From: Balanoglossus misakiensis
Lineage: Eukaryota > Animalia > Hemichordata
DNA: 64,000 bases
Assembly: GCA_040954595.2 (NCBI GenBank)
Contig: CM082577.2
Coordinates: 13,399,903 to 13,463,902, forward strand
Direction of reading: 5' to 3'
Shown here: positions 34,262 through 49,223 of the stretch, piece by piece
Layout of the letters: the number at the start of each line of letters is the position of its first letter
Position numbering within the stretch: position 1 is the stretch's first letter
Program-made: the position numbers and the translations under genes
Notes under the pieces: generated by a model
The model's input: the letters and a program-made list of their open reading frames with translations, nothing else
What the model was told of the DNA's origin: nothing
Databases searched by the model: none

Positions 34262-34855
34262 TTGTGACATAACACCATGACCGCTGTGCACAATCTGTGC
34301 CATAAAGAGCTATGCTTTTACGAGTGAGGCACTACTTTCACGAGTGCAGGGAGTGACTTGACAGTAAAGCAGACTGCTCTGCAACACATTAAAATGACTT
34401 CTACGGCACAGATCGTGCGCAGCGGTCACGGCACAGGAAGTGCACAGAGGTCATAAGCGGGGTCAGTGGTCACGAGATTGTAACAGCAATGCGAAAGAAA
34501 ATGACGATAGCGAGTAAGTTTTGTTTATCGGAGGTTTCCAGATATACTAACAGCTAAATGTTTAATTCTTGTGACGATATAGTTCGTGCGATTAATCAAA
34601 ATAACGTAACAAAACATTCAATGATAAGCATGTCGATCGTATGCAATGCTCAGCTTCAGCGTTCATGGCTTCCAGTGTTTACATCTGTCAAGCAGAAAGT
34701 AGTTCCTTGTTGTTCGTTATGTACTCATGGAATACCTATATAATTGAGTGACCACGTGATTTTACAGAATAATGAAACTGGCTATAATTAATGCTATTTT
34801 TATAAGTGTCGATCGTGGTGGCAAAGGGGCACTTTCAACAGGGATTATTTTCTCT
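34262..34855 (+). repeat. Interspersed repeat with 5' hairpin (related copy 39342-40260)
   Basis: Stem tgaccgctgtgcacaatctgtgccata / tacggcacagatcgtgcgcagcggtca (34279-34428). Shares ttgtgaca..ccatgacc, cagaaagtagttcc and gcactttcaac.ggga.tatttt with the copy in an RTK2 intron. Confidence 0.7.
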
Positions 34856-36951
34856 CATTTGCATATAACCGGCAGTAGGGCCTACATAAGCAATAATCAT
34901 CAATACGATATAGACGTGTACCGCATACGATAGATAGCAAAACACTACACTGGCACGTTGATAGATTATGGTCTGGAACTCGCTAATGAAGACGGTCTGT
35001 AATAACCCAATGGATCCGATATCAAAGTAAGAGAACTAAATATGTCGGTATCGAAATTTGACCTGTGTTGTCCATACATGCTTGCTTCGTAATACATACG
35101 TGTCAACGATTGTGCTGAGTATGGCGGTTAGTAGTGGTTGGCTGAACTGGGGTTCGGGGAGGTTGAGTTTCAACGAACGGCGTTGCTGACAGTTTTCATG
35201 CAAGCTGATTAACCGAGTTCGCAATTTCTGGCAAATCTCCAGACTGATAACACAATATAAACAGGGGCTTGATCCTCAGCGCTAATTTTATTTGACGACT
35301 TTAGTTTCTGAAGAATGCCACCTATGAGGAACCTGACCTCTATGCTGAGATTATTGATTTTTTTATCGACGGGCAGATTGCGCACAGGTAAAACACAACA
35401 AAAGTCCAACCTTCCCCTGTCCATGTAAACATGAAATAATACAATCAATACACTTGTTCTTATGCTGTTTTATGCGCGCCCAGTAACAACCTCAACACCA
35501 GTCGCAATTCGCTTCCTCGAAACACAATGTCTCCTTGCAGTTTTTTTATTGATCAGTTATCTGATGTACTAAAGGGAAATTCACAGACGTTTGCATCACT
35601 CTCCCAAGTTAAATGCACAATGTATGCACACAGGATTGGCCTATACATAATTTGTTTATTTAGAATTTTAATTCTGTTATGAAAGGTGAGTACAGAAATA
35701 AAATAATAATATACATGAAGCAATGCGAAGAATTCTCGTTAAGTAGTTTGCACACTACAGAGAGGAAATGCTCTCACACCTTCTTTTCATGGGCCATCCA
35801 GTTACCCAGTGAATTATTTTACCCGTATAAATTATTTGAACACACAACACAAACAACTCTTAAAGTATTTATACATATAATAACAAAATCTATTCCTTCC
35901 GTATTTAATATGTTTAAATCGTTGGACTATTGGATCTTACGCGTACTCTTTCGCACACATTCCTGTGGGAACACGTGTAAAATTCCTATCTGTGAACATA
36001 AATAACGTTTATCTTTTCAACGTGTCGTGATGGCAAAATATCTTCGAGAAAAGTAAAATGGATATAAGTAAAACCCTTTAACTTATGTACAATTGTTATT
36101 TTGTATCAAAAGAAATAGTCATACATGCGATAACAGGTTAAACAAACAAACGGATGAACAAATGGTTCATAACAGAACGCCTGGTGTAAAATCCAAGATT
36201 GAAATTTATTCATTTGAAGTGTCGCTTGTATTTTAAATAACTAAAAACCGACAAATTTGCCAATGCCGCCATTTCTAGATTAAACTAAATAAGAGATTAC
36301 TTGTACCTTGCATCTTTTACTTCTAACACCCACTCTTATCCCAACCGTAATTGTTTGATGACTATATCTCGGCAGCAAATATACTCAATGTAACTGTCCT
36401 GAAAATACTTTTATCTCCAGGCCGCAGTTACAGCCGTATGTCACGTGTTAGGCAAACATGCATTCTTTTTTCAATATTGTGTGAAGACATATTTAATTTG
36501 TCATTTATTGCACCTATTTCCCTTTAATGGTATTATAAAACTCCTTTCAAATTTCGAATATTCAATGGATCACCAGAGGACTTGCCCTACCAAATGGTTA
36601 CAAGCGCGAAACGCCTAACGTCACAAAAGATAAGATTACTTTCTCCAGAGGTGAAAAGCATGTTAGTAAGACACTCTAACTGATAAACACATCAGATCAA
36701 GCAAGGCATTTGATGACTTTTCGAACTCACACACTAAAAACTGTATATAACGATATTGCGTCAAATATAAACCCCTCCTAGATAGAGAAATGGCATGGTC
36801 TGTACCACACCCCGACGCTATACACATGGATGAAGGCTGATAAGTCTTTTTCAGACAGTACTGTTAATTGTTTTGAAGTTGTACGTCACTGTCACGCCGA
36901 AAACCATCATATTTTAATAATAACTGGACATGCATCGGTGTGTTCCATTGG

Positions 36952-38612
36952 TTACAGTTTCTCACCAGATGACCACGTCTCTTCTGTTATATTTACATAT
37001 AGATGATCTTCAAAATCTTTCATTGCCAGGTATTCCTGTAATAGGATTTAATGATATTTGAAGTCATGATTTAATATCCTACATTGCAAAATACTAACTC
37101 AATTGATATCAAGCAAAAAGTGGTCATAACTGTAAATTGTAATGATATTTTACACAGATGCCTTTAGAATAAAATACATGTACAGGGCCTGATCATCGTG
37201 AACAGGGGTATGATTCGTTAAACGTGATCAAACAACATTATTTGTTGTGGTTATAGTTTTCACAGAGATAAAATGCGTGGATGTACTGCTAGCTATAGGT
37301 GCATTTCAATCATAAATCAATCGTACTTTCGTAATTAATGTTATATTAAGAAAAATGAAAATATAAAATTCTTTAGTAACACACCATCGTGACGTCATTA
37401 GCCATCTTGCCTACTGTACCACATATGTCAGAAAAGGATGGTCTGGTTTCAGCGCGTTGCAGCCAACACTTCAGCATTACTTCATAGCTAAAACAGTGAC
37501 ATTTTGTAAAGTTTTACCTAATGGGTTCAGCTAAATAAACATTAAAGATACACATGTATGCAGGATAATCTTTTACCTGTTGATAATATGTTATTAACCA
37601 TTCATTCATTCGTTCAGCGCGTTGCAGCATGATATCAGCATATTTAATTAATTATTAATTGAGCTCTGGAAACAAAACGCATGGCGACATGTTGAATATT
37701 TAAAGTTTTATGAGGACTGGTAGATGTATTTCAAATATTTCACGAATCGCAAACTGAAGGAAACTCCTGACAAATAAAACGTTTTCCCCATCACTTTGCA
37801 CAGATGTGCGACATAAAATATCCGATGATGATTTCATCTAAATTCTCAAAACGTCATGCTTACATCTCTTTGCTACAGTGGTGTGGCTTTTGGAGCCTGT
37901 CTCCAGCACGTAATTTGTTCATAACCTGAGAAGCTGTCAAATCCGCATATGGCGAAGAACCTATGAGAAAGTCGATATAAACTAACTAAATAAATATGCC
38001 TTCATTTACATGATATCAGGATAGATTAATCTCGCAGTGACTCTCGCGTAAAGGCTTAATTTACTGGCTTCAAATAAACTGAAAGTATTATAGAAAGTAC
38101 ATAGTCTATCCAAACATGAGCAGGGTATTCATCGTTTAACACCCGGTATTTCCTGAAGTTAGACATTATTGACTGTCTTACCTAGTGTTGCTATTTCCCA
38201 CAGTAGAACTCCGTATGACCAGACATCACTTTTAATCGTGTACTTGTAGTGCATCAATGATTCTATGGCCATCCACCTAATTGGCAAACGACCCTGAAAA
38301 AATTACATACAGACAGCTTCATTCTCTATACGCAGAGATACATAACGCTGGTTTACCGATTTAAAAACAGTATGTGTATCAGTAATATAATGTCAAAGTA
38401 ATCCACTAAACAAAGGACCAACATAAGCATGTGCGTTTACTTGCCTGGGGTTTGCAGAAATAAACAGGGTTTTCACTGACATTTCTAGCAAAGCCGAAGT
38501 CTGATATCTTACAGCACATTTGTTCACCTAATAGAATATTCCTTGTCGCTAGATCCCTGTGAATGCACTGAAGTTTATAAAGAAAATGTAAAAATCATCA
38601 TCATCATCATCG

Positions 38613-38659
<47 letters not shown>

Positions 38660-41600
38660 TTTAGTACAATGATTACCAAATAAAAAAATGTCTGTCAATT
38701 AATCAATTTTCTCAAATGTTTGCTTATGTAACCATTATTTTTTAAAAGTTACCTCTTTCGACGCAATAAAACACATGCCCTTGGCGATCTGCCAGGCAAA
38801 CTGGAGCAGGTCATGTGAGGTGAGGTCTCGACAGTTCGGGTAGACATTCTGATAATTTTGCTTTGATCTGTTCTTTACCAAGTACTCTTGCAAGTTGCCA
38901 TTGGGTGCTAGTTCGAGAACAATACACAGGGGGTCTGTGTGCAAAATACGCAGTGTTATTGCGCTTGAACCTTCCAATACAAACATGTCAAATCATGAAA
39001 TGTAGGGTGGAATTCAAATTCATCACAATTATTGGAAAATGCTATTTTATAAAATCTCGGAAATATTAAACATTTTAATATAGTTCCCCTGACTTTATTT
39101 CTATGAAAGGTGACCAATATTCCTTTGGAAGGTAACGTTTATTTAAAAAAGACACTTTTCAGAAATGGAGGTTCAAATTGATATACATGTAGTTTCATAT
39201 CACCATGACAAAACAGTGGCGTCATCTCTAACTGATTGTATTTCTCTTTATTTCAAGGCATCCCCGTTGCCTGTATATTGTCATAAATAAATGTAGATGC
39301 GTTATTAGCATTTGATTTGATCAGCTACAAACGAGGTCGTGTTGTGACAGAACTCCATGACCTATGCGCACGATCTGTGCCGTACAGAAGTTACAGAAGT
39401 AAATCTTGTGACATTACTACGAATTACTTCTATACGGCACGAATTGTGATTAAAGGTCAAAGGGTTATGTTATTACGGCATGTGTCTCTTCAAATTTGAC
39501 GAAAATTGAAGTTTCGATCGTGGCGTCTTAACGCAACCCACAGACGGTCGCTCATTTGGCCAAGTTACGCCGCTTTTGTCATTCAAGGTAGGTCATCTTG
39601 GGTCAGGTCATCAGCGGGTACGCTCAGGGGTAGCGAGATCGTATTGGCTGTATTCAGGAACACTGGCGACAGCGAAAGATTTCCGTAAAGTAAGAGGTTA
39701 TACTGTTGGTTAAACTGATGTTGTTCTTCTGATGATAGTTGGGAAGTATAATAAAACAACGCAACCCAGAGACGGCAGGTCATCCGGTTATTGGCCATAT
39801 ACAAAGCCTTTGTCATTCAAAGTAGGGTGATTTGAGTCAGGTCACCAGCGGTTTGGCTCAGAGGTCGCGAGATCTCATCGGCAATATTGAAGAACAATGG
39901 GAATAACGACTGTAAAATTTGAGGTTCCGAAATCTACTGTCCACAACATATGTTTTATATTCTGAAGATAGCCGGGAAGAATAATTAAATGACATGCTCA
40001 AATGTCAAAAAATCACTCGCCCACGATTATTCGTAGCTCTAGCATCCATGGTGTCCCTGATGGTGTCCAATGTTTACAATCAGAAAGTAGTTCCCTGCTT
40101 CTATATGTGCATGTGCACTCCTGATGACCAAGTGACTAGTTTACAACACAGTGCATATGATGTATGATGTATGAATTAATTTTCATAAGTATTTTAACGG
40201 GGATTTAAATTGACAGAAATTTAAATTTTATCGCACTTTCAACTGGGACTATTTTATTGTATTTACATTGTCAAATGTGGAACATACCGGCTGGCAAACG
40301 ACGGAATGGGCAGTACATATGCGTGTAGTCTTACACTAGGTCACATAGACCAAAAGGAAACACTTAAAGATTACCTATGACCCCTGATATACTGTTGGAA
40401 ATGCATACGTGTCCACGCATTGTTTACCTTTGTCAAGAAATATAATGCAGCTCAGCACGTCTGACCGCTTACCGTCTACTGACTAGGTAGTGACGATTCT
40501 GCGGACTTTTAAAATTACTATAGTGTCTCATACAAACCTCATACAGGGATGTTAGTTTTATCAGTCAGTATTCACCGTCATCATTCCATTTGTAGCGTGC
40601 AAAGATCTACGTTTGTCAACAATTCTGTCTTAAATTCCACAATTGTCAAAATCTATCGTCAAAAACATTGCAAATAATATTGTGTGACCAAATTCAATTT
40701 GCTTTACACGTAAACATCGATTGGTGTAATTGCTATCGAGTGTGCACCTCCATTTCTGAAATGTGTCTTATAATGCATTCATTTATTGACTTGCATCTTA
40801 TTCGCCCGCGGTGGATGTAACGACCCATGTAGAACATTGGCAACACTGACACAAAGTGTAGTAAGTATCTCAAAGGGTGGGTGTCGTCCTGTCTGCGATT
40901 TATGATGTCACATGCAAAACAGTTGCTATAGCAACTCAAATTGTAAATGTGCCTCATTGCAAACAATACGGTTGTCCCTTTGCGTTATGTATTACACCGT
41001 TCACCATGGCGTCGTTACATTAGATCTCAAGTGACCAGTGGGGACAATGCCCATGGTGTTTTTATAAACAGAAAAGTCTCACATGTGCAGTTCAGGACGA
41101 CACGCGCCCTTTTGATATTGAGGCCGTATACCTGATTGCGTACAGCTGCCGAGAAGTGCCACAACATTTGGATGACTTGATCCTAACAGTTTCATTATTT
41201 CTAATTCTTGAAGGAAGTTTTCCATTCCGCAAACGGAAGCCCCTTCTAGCGTACAAAAGAAATAGTTAGAATTTGTTGAAAGAAACAGGTAGACAACGCA
41301 CTCACATTGCAAGAAAAGTCTCATTTTATTACAACAAAATATACAGAAACATAAAACCAGAAGTATGACAATGTTACTATACTGTCTTAACATACCTCGC
41401 AAACGCTTAACAGCTACCTCAGTATTTTGTAAGTGATCATGAATATTTTGCGTCACTGCTTTCCAAACGACACCGAATTCTCCCTGTCCAAGGTAACCAT
41501 TCTCACAGAAAGTCAGTTCACCATAATCAAATTCAAACTTGTCGAAAGAGGAACGATGTTCGTTACTTAGCAGCGGTAGTGCTCTCTCGAAGTGATTAAG

Positions 41601-44600
41601 TTCATAAAAAATATCCTTGATTTAAAATAAGAAGAGTTATATTAGTATAATACAGTATGCAATTTAGTTTTTAAATAGAGATATGTTGATTTATTGTCTT
41701 TATATTTTTATGTTTAATTAAGCAATTACCCCACCACAGGTCAATATACACTAGATTTTGGTACAATGAGCGAAATATATCACGAGACGTTAGGCGAGTG
41801 CTGCATGGAGCAAATTGTACCCGAAATCGAGGCGGGGTTATTGCTACTATATTAAATCAAAAATCGATTTTGTGGTATATCCGTGTCAATTTAGTAACGA
41901 AAGAGCGTCAAAAAGAGAAGTTACAAACTGAACGAAAGTCGCGTTGATAAATGTAAGCCCGAGGGCCGGGATCGAGCATTAAAACATGAAGCAGGCGACA
42001 AAATGTGACACAACAAGCATCGTGCATGTAAAATTGCCTATATATTCAAATACAGACTTCCAAAATAAAACGCCTGTAAATTCAACAGTGTTTTTATTAT
42101 ATAAATAACTGGTTTAAGCCCCTATTTTCCGTGCGGAATGCTAGTTCAGGGGCCGGTTTTAGCAGCGTTCTCTTGAGTATTGTATCACATAGTTGGATTT
42201 AACTCTCAAATGGTATATGGTATAGCATGATATAATGTAATCTATTATTTGTATTGTAGCTAATAAAACTGTTTTCTGCTACTGGAGGTAAATTATATCT
42301 TTTACCCATATCAAAACATATTTTTTTGTAAATTAAAATGCAATTTTCGATATATATTGACATGGAGCATGTGTTTCTTCTTTTTTTTTTAACAGGGAGT
42401 ATTTTCATCATTTACACGTGGTTTCAGATTCTCCACCGACTCTTCTTTTGTTCCTGAATCTATATTCTGAAATCAAAACATATAACGTAAATTCAGTGCA
42501 TTACCTATGATAGCATTGCATACGCATTAATTCGCATATTTTGAAATTACGTTTAACACGACTAGAACTCTATCGGTACCGGACAACAGCTGTACTCGCC
42601 ATTTTATTTTGTCCAGACAATAGCCCCACACTTAAATTTGTCCATTTGGGGCAGTATTGATAGGCGTAGCGTGCTAGCAGGGTACGCTTACCCATTCCAG
42701 ACACCTGGTACTGCCTCTTAAAGGGGTTCCAAATGACCAAATAAGTCATTGTCATTTTTATCTGTTTGTTTCTTGGACTAGGTAATTCACTTACTTTATA
42801 TGATAATGATTTTTGGACATGATTTCATACCATGTTATATATGTTACACATTTTATATGTATAGATTGATTCTTTAGATTGCATGTAAACTGTGTGCATG
42901 TAATACGTGGCTACTTACTGATTCCATGCTTGATTTGCTGTCATATCCTTCATCAGCATGAATTTGCACTGTCAAGTCGGTTGACTGTTCATGAGGTTTC
43001 TGAAAGAATACCAATAATGCGAAACATTATGTTTTCTTACAAACTATGGTAGTTATTTACTTAACGTTTGTTGTTTGATAGAGTGATAACCAAGCATATT
43101 AATTTCCTTAGCAGTACAAATATTACAAACAATTGACTTTGCAACAATGCCTCCGTTGTCGTTATTCAGTTCTTTACATTTCAGTGATACTCGACGACAG
43201 TACCAAGTACTCTTAATCAATACAAAACAAAACCAAAATCGCAAAAAGTCTAGAAGCAAAACTTTGCTACCTTACACAAACATGGTACATAGATATTTTC
43301 CAGTGAAATCGATTTAAACTTTCCTTTACATTTTAAAGATATGCAAATTTGCTTACCGTCTTTTCGTTCTCCGTGGACGTTCTTGCATATTTTCCCCGGG
43401 CTCTAGACCGGCGTTTTCGACAACAAATAACACATGCCACTAAGGCTATAATCACCACCGGTAGCACCACTGTTAAAGTGATCAATAGCGTCATTTTGGA
43501 GATGCTTATCACCGATTTGGGTGTAGGTGTAGTAGTATCTGTGTAGCGCAAAAAAACAAACAAAAAAAACAATGACGTTAGATGTTATGTTATATACATC
43601 TGTTTTAAGTGATTTCCTTTTCAAGAAAATAATGACAATTTGTAACGTTCTTGTTTTAAAAATATATTTATTCACACTTTAAAGCAGTACAAAACAGATA
43701 ATTACTTAGGTTTTTAAAACTAGAAACACGGACAATAGATAACATTTCTTTAATCAATGTAGTACATAGTAGTTTTTTTATCAGTCAATCTACACTTGCA
43801 CAATAACAAAAACCTTACAAAGTAGATAAATGTGTGTTTAACTCTTTGTACTTCTATCTTCTAGATTGAATGAGTTTTACTATGGCATATAACATGCCTG
43901 AAAAATGGGTTCATAGCATGACGCCACAATGAAAAAAATTTCCCCATGGAATAGCTAAATTTTTGAATTGCTTTCGTGAAATGCACATTAAATTACTGGT
44001 GAAATCACCGCAGCTCTCTCTGTGTGTGATTATATCAATCCTTTTGATAACTATGGTCGAATTATCCTGTCTGTCGTCACACAGATTGAGAAGTAAAGGG
44101 AAATCGTCTTTGTCGGATGGAATCAGAAGCTGCGAATCACCGCATGGATAATATAAAGTGTAAAGCCACCTTCTGGTATCCTGAGACCGGCAAAAACTAC
44201 ACAAATAAATATCCCTTAGAACTCTAAACTGTACACGCCAGCCTGTCCTTGTGTGGATAGTATGGCCATGATAATAAGACGCTGTTATGTTAAGGTCAAT
44301 TGTTACCTTGTGTCGTTGACATGATCAAGGCTGATGAAATCGGTGTAGTTGTTATTCCCGTCGACGACGGCCCTTTAAAGATAAAAAAAACATGATAAAG
44401 CCACGTTTGATATATACAATTTTAACTTTTAATCCCCCATTCTTGAACGACATAATTTTCAAAGACAAAAATAAGTTGAAATTACCTTTAGTTTCTGTCG
44501 AGGCAACCGATCTTGCCAGGGATACGCCTTTCGTCGCGATAAAGAAGGTTGTCGGTTGACCTATTAAATAGACGACTCTTCCATGACAAAATACCAGCTA

Positions 44601-46400
44601 AAATGTGATAATTCCACAAACACGTCTTGGTTGCAGTAAACGCATCTTAAATAAGCACGTCAAAATTGCTCCCTAAATTCAATAAAGACTATTGGGATAG
44701 TTCCACACAAATAAAATGTGGAAAACACAAGCACGTTTGTTGCTGTTGCATTAATTAAAAGCAAAATGATAAATACGGCTGATGTCATGATTTCTTTAAA
44801 TAGCATTATCCCATATAGTTCCAATCGTGTTGAAATCACAGGTATCGACAAAATTACGAACGGACGACGGACGGTTTCCTACGAACAATAAGGATATGAG
44901 TTGTTTGTTGCAGCGGGGTTAAAAGAGTCGACCTCGACAATTGAGAGGAACAAAAGTTTAACTTTGCACTGGGCCTGTAAATATGAATTATGTTCAAGGT
45001 CGGCACAAAATGAACTATTCAAATTCAGACAGGTGGGGGTGTTCAGTGAGTGTGAAAACCCAGATGATGTATATATTAGTCTATGCAAAGGGCCGGTAGA
45101 ACTAGTAGACAGTTTCTAGCACGTAATCCATTGTTATTTTCTTTCATCCGGACTAGGATGGCGCACCGGCTAGAGAAAGGTTTGGTATCGATCGTCATTG
45201 CTAATAATAGTTGCCTGTAGTAAATCTTGATTTCGTACTTTGGGTCGGGTCTCCAATGACTAACATCGCATGACTGTCACATGATTGCCGCATGATATCC
45301 AAAGTACACGTTATCAACCGTTCAAACGTATCACAACCTTCTCATCTGATCATCCCATGACGACTGACTGTTAATCACTGTGCCCCAGAAAAAATCGAAC
45401 AGGTAATACACAGTGTAAGCTTACAGGCTGTGCAATATGTTTCAAGATAGCGATATTATATGTAAATTGATGTAAAATGTGTTTAGATCCATATTGTGTC
45501 AATGATGAAGTAATAGCTGACAGTAGGCAAGTGTTTTCTTGCATTTGAACAAGCGAACAAATCGACGCAAACGGCATATCTAGTCAAGAATCTTACCGGA
45601 TGTTGATGACGCTTGGCCACGTCAATCCCGGATCTGTCCGGGCGATCAGGCGAAGTCCTGCTAAGTACGTTTGGATAGATTCCAGACAAACTCCATATAT
45701 GGAAAAAACTTTAAGCCTATACTACAAGTCCAGGGATATGTAGGGTGTATAACTGCGCCATCGCGGGCACTTCTATCTATGATCGTTTCGGTACGGCACA
45801 CCTGAACTGATTTCTTCAAATAAAACTGCACAAACAATGTAAACATATCAAATGAGTTAATTGTGGACATAACCACCATGGGCTCGATGTAGAAACCCGA
45901 CGACGAGTGTTTTTCATTCTACATTTTTTTATGACGAGAAAAAAACCTCTAGATATTCTGTCAGTAATACAGATTCAAAAAAAGAAGTGACAATAAAATG
46001 TTTAAGGCAAAGTACCGGTTCTACAATGGAATTTTCTGTTCCCCTGAATTTGGTTATGAAGTTAAAAACGTTGATTCCAAATAGTAGAACGTAACTGTTT
46101 CTACTGCCGGTCGACGATGGGTCGACCAAAACTGATGACATTAAATCTCCATGAGATAACATTTTAGCACAATTTTAACGGGCAATGCTTTTCTTTATTG
46201 TTATCCCATCGACGACACCATTGTACATTTGGGGAGGTTTCAAAATACACGAGCGCATATACCGTAAGAGTTGCTGCGTACTGAATAAAAGGGTGCGACA
46301 CCCATTTGTTGTTAAGGTTATTCAACTAACTGTTGAGGGGGGCGAGTGCCCAAATCAATGGTTAACTTCGCCAGAAACAAACAAACAAACAAACAGACAA

Positions 46401-46431
<31 letters not shown>

Positions 46432-49223
46432 ATGAATTAAAAGGTAACCAAAGAGGTTTAACACATTTACACTCCGTACCCAAGTCTCACTCATATTCTT
46501 ATCTTTAAATGACAAATCTCAGCACTGAGACTGCGCCTGCCAATTGGGGCCACACACATAGACATTTGTTGGGCGTGTTGCAGGCGTTGTCTGACACATG
46601 ACCAGTGAGAACCAATGGAAATTCAGTTGCATCACCCAACTTTAGACAATATGTATTGCGACATCGACACTCTTACAGCGCACACGTTTGCCAACGTCGT
46701 GGGCTTAGTGTGACTAGGCAATGTAGAAATGTATAAATCAACTTTTAGTGAGAGAGACTTAGCATTACGCACCAACATACTGGGACCTTGCAGAAAACAA
46801 CAATACCCATTCACGTTCTATGCATTGCCTTACCTGATACTACTTCTACGTGTACGGACTCGTTCTTGATGTTTCGCTGTTCATAGAAAGCAAGGCAAGT
46901 GTATTCACCCACATCTTCGTACATGATGTTTTTAAACGTAAGAAGGGCAAAATCGGTTGAGATATTATTCTCTGTAGTGTGTCCGAATGTTTGGGAAATG
47001 CGGTCACTGTCGCCCTCGAAAGTCGATTCTTTGGCCTTCCAGCGAAGTGTCAGACGTGGCTGTGTCGGTGTGGCAGTGCATTTCACGTGTAAATCCACTC
47101 CTGCGGTCGTGTTGATGACGGTCAGGTTGTCGCGTTTAGCTGCATTCATGGAAATAATTTTCATCTCAAAGGGTTCTAAAAACAAAGAATAGAAATATGT
47201 TGAGATATTAAAGACTTGTCGTAAAGTAGTATATTGATTGCGGTATAAAATTGCCACAAACTGCAAACCAAATGACGAAAACACACATATATGGCTCCAC
47301 GCAGGAAGTGCCTACCCGGCCTATACGCCTAAAAGTATAATCTTGCAAGCAATACAATAAGAAATAATAATAATAATGATAAATGCCATACATTAAATTT
47401 CATGCGCCAAAAATCATACTCCTCATCAGTTATAAAAACAACAACAGCAACAATAACAACAACACTAGCGCTAAAGCCATACCATAAAGCTTGAACCGAA
47501 CGTGTCCAATTTTTTGTGAATCCTGAGTGAGTAATCGGCAGTGATATTCACCCTCATCGGTTTTCCTCGTACCATTTATATTCAAAGTTGTAAATGTAGC
47601 GTCTCCAGCATAATATCTGTTATGAATGGGGTAAGGCTGTTCATTTTCGTTTTGTTGGGCAAGAAATGTGTTGTATTCTCCCTTTGTCCAACGAACAGAA
47701 GTTATGGGCTGGTCGTTTAGTCTGGCGGGACATACTAGCGAAGCAATCGTTCCTAGTTCAGCGTAAATTGGCTCTTCGATACTTTGATCTTCCGTGTACG
47801 TCCCTTTAGCACTTCCTGCAAGATATACATGTAATAGTGGTTGCTTTTACTGTGTGCGAGCAAAATGTTCCCTAAAACTTTGCAGGAATATTTCGACAGA
47901 GAACATGTACACTATTTTCAAAAAATCATTTGTAATGCGTCGCATATTGATACGACTTTACAGTGTTATTGTACAATACTCGCTTTTAACAATCTACTTG
48001 TTTTATTTCATAGAAAATGGCATATTTTAAGATTATTTCAACTATTCTGCCATTTTTGGTGCTCTCCAGTGTGTGTACGTCAAGCCAGGAGAACAGTCCA
48101 CCAGGTAGAATTTTAGTAATGTGTTGAATAGTACACAAATACCTGAACGATATTCTTGCACAAATGACCTCAAAACGTTTATCATTTAAACGTTATTTAA
48201 GCTGACTAGAACAAAGTATTGGTAAGGTTTCCCTCTTTTCCTTTCAGTTCAGCGCATTTTGAGTAACGAGACGATGATCGTTTACTTTGATAAGGATGTG
48301 TACGCGCCAGAAGGAACATTGCTGAGACTAGTATTTCAAAGCACAAAGAAGATTAACGCCAGTGAAAGCATCTGCGTGAACCGGACAAAAGAACCAGGTA
48401 CTTGAAATCAGGCACCAAAATAACTTATAGCTTAATCATACAATGCCTTGTTTCCTTATAGTTACACGGAAGGATGTTTTTAAACATAAACTATACCGCT
48501 TTTATTTGAATACATGTGTATTAACGCGCTACATTAAGAGATAGTGTTCTGAGAGAATGAAATTTTATCCCCAACATCATTACAGACAAAACTGCGCTGA
48601 TCAACTGTTGGCCAAAATCACCAGAAGACCTGGGATGTAAATTTACATATTTGTCTCTGAAAGAAAGAAGTGGCTGTGTCTGCTTGGATGTTGATGAACT
48701 GAGGCTGCGCGATGATAACGTTGTGTTTACATGGTGGTTACGAAATACAAGTAATACCCAAGTCATGGGTACAACAACTGTGGCGGTTATAAAAGGTAAA
48801 TACAGAAAAAATATAAATATGTAGTATTTAGAGTACCTTTGTAATATACAATCTAGAATTTAGAAAAAAAACTAACATACACCGGTTATTGTAAAACAGT
48901 GCAATTACTAAATCGTCTGAATGTAAAACGTCTAAGGGGGTCAAAACTTTGATACGAACACTGACATTGTACACGATTCTTCGTTTAAATTCAAGGTACA
49001 TTCCTATCGCTGTATTTTCAATATCAGTAGAACTGTTAAACTAATTTATATAAATAATGGTTTTCTTGCTCGGAAATACATGAGAGTTATTAACAAAATC
49101 ACACGGAAGATGTTTAGCTGGTGTTCAAATAAAAACAACAACAACGATTAAGTTACATTCTGGCAAAATATACGTACCCGCAAACAGGATCAATAAGTAG
49201 GATATCAAATAATGATATTTCAT
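36952..49223 (-). CDS. Receptor tyrosine kinase RTK2 (signal-IgV-IgI-stalk-TM-kinase; Cad96Ca/Stitcher-related)
   Basis: Exons 49223-49178 ([16 protein letters not shown]), 47815-47483 (IgV: [25 protein letters not shown]), 47175-46834 (Ig: VKCTA..LRW..DVGEYTC), small stalk exons (~44560-44485, ~44373-44306; others uncertain), 43538-43357 (TM), ~43000-42918, ~42467-42414, ~41616-41396 (GQGEFG, VAVK), 41245-41132, 38934-38753, 38567-38445 ([11 protein letters not shown]), ~38293-38182, ~37960-37864, ~37487-37385, 37035-36952 (..[17 protein letters not shown]). Confidence 0.88.
38596..38659. repeat. (ATC)n microsatellite
   Basis: Direct reading; intronic. Confidence 0.95.
39342..40260 (+). repeat. 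Second copy of the 34262 hairpin repeat, with an internal ~230-bp duplication
   Basis: Shared blocks as above; acgcaaccca.agacgg...tttgtcattcaa.gtagg..gtcaggtca.cagcgg at ~39531 and ~39759. Confidence 0.65.
41717..42190 (+). mobile_element. Crypton-like hairpin element (longer, decayed relative of 1312-1628)
   Basis: ttaagcaattacccc..agattttg..cacgag.cg.taggcgagtg..aaatcgag..ggggttattgcta.tata parallels the 1312 element. 42086-42185 matches 53460-53556 in reverse complement. Confidence 0.55.
46376..46431. repeat. (AAAC)n/(AGAC)n microsatellite
   Basis: Direct reading. Confidence 0.9.

Noticed and set aside
45596-45660. Candidate RTK2 stalk exon (also ~46092-46130)
   Set aside because: Splice-like ends are present, but I could not reconcile phases confidently, so these were left out of the model.
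47483-47815. Apparent frameshift in the RTK2 IgV exon
   Set aside because: Careful re-reading shows a 333-nt open phase-1 exon; it is simply absent from the ORF track.
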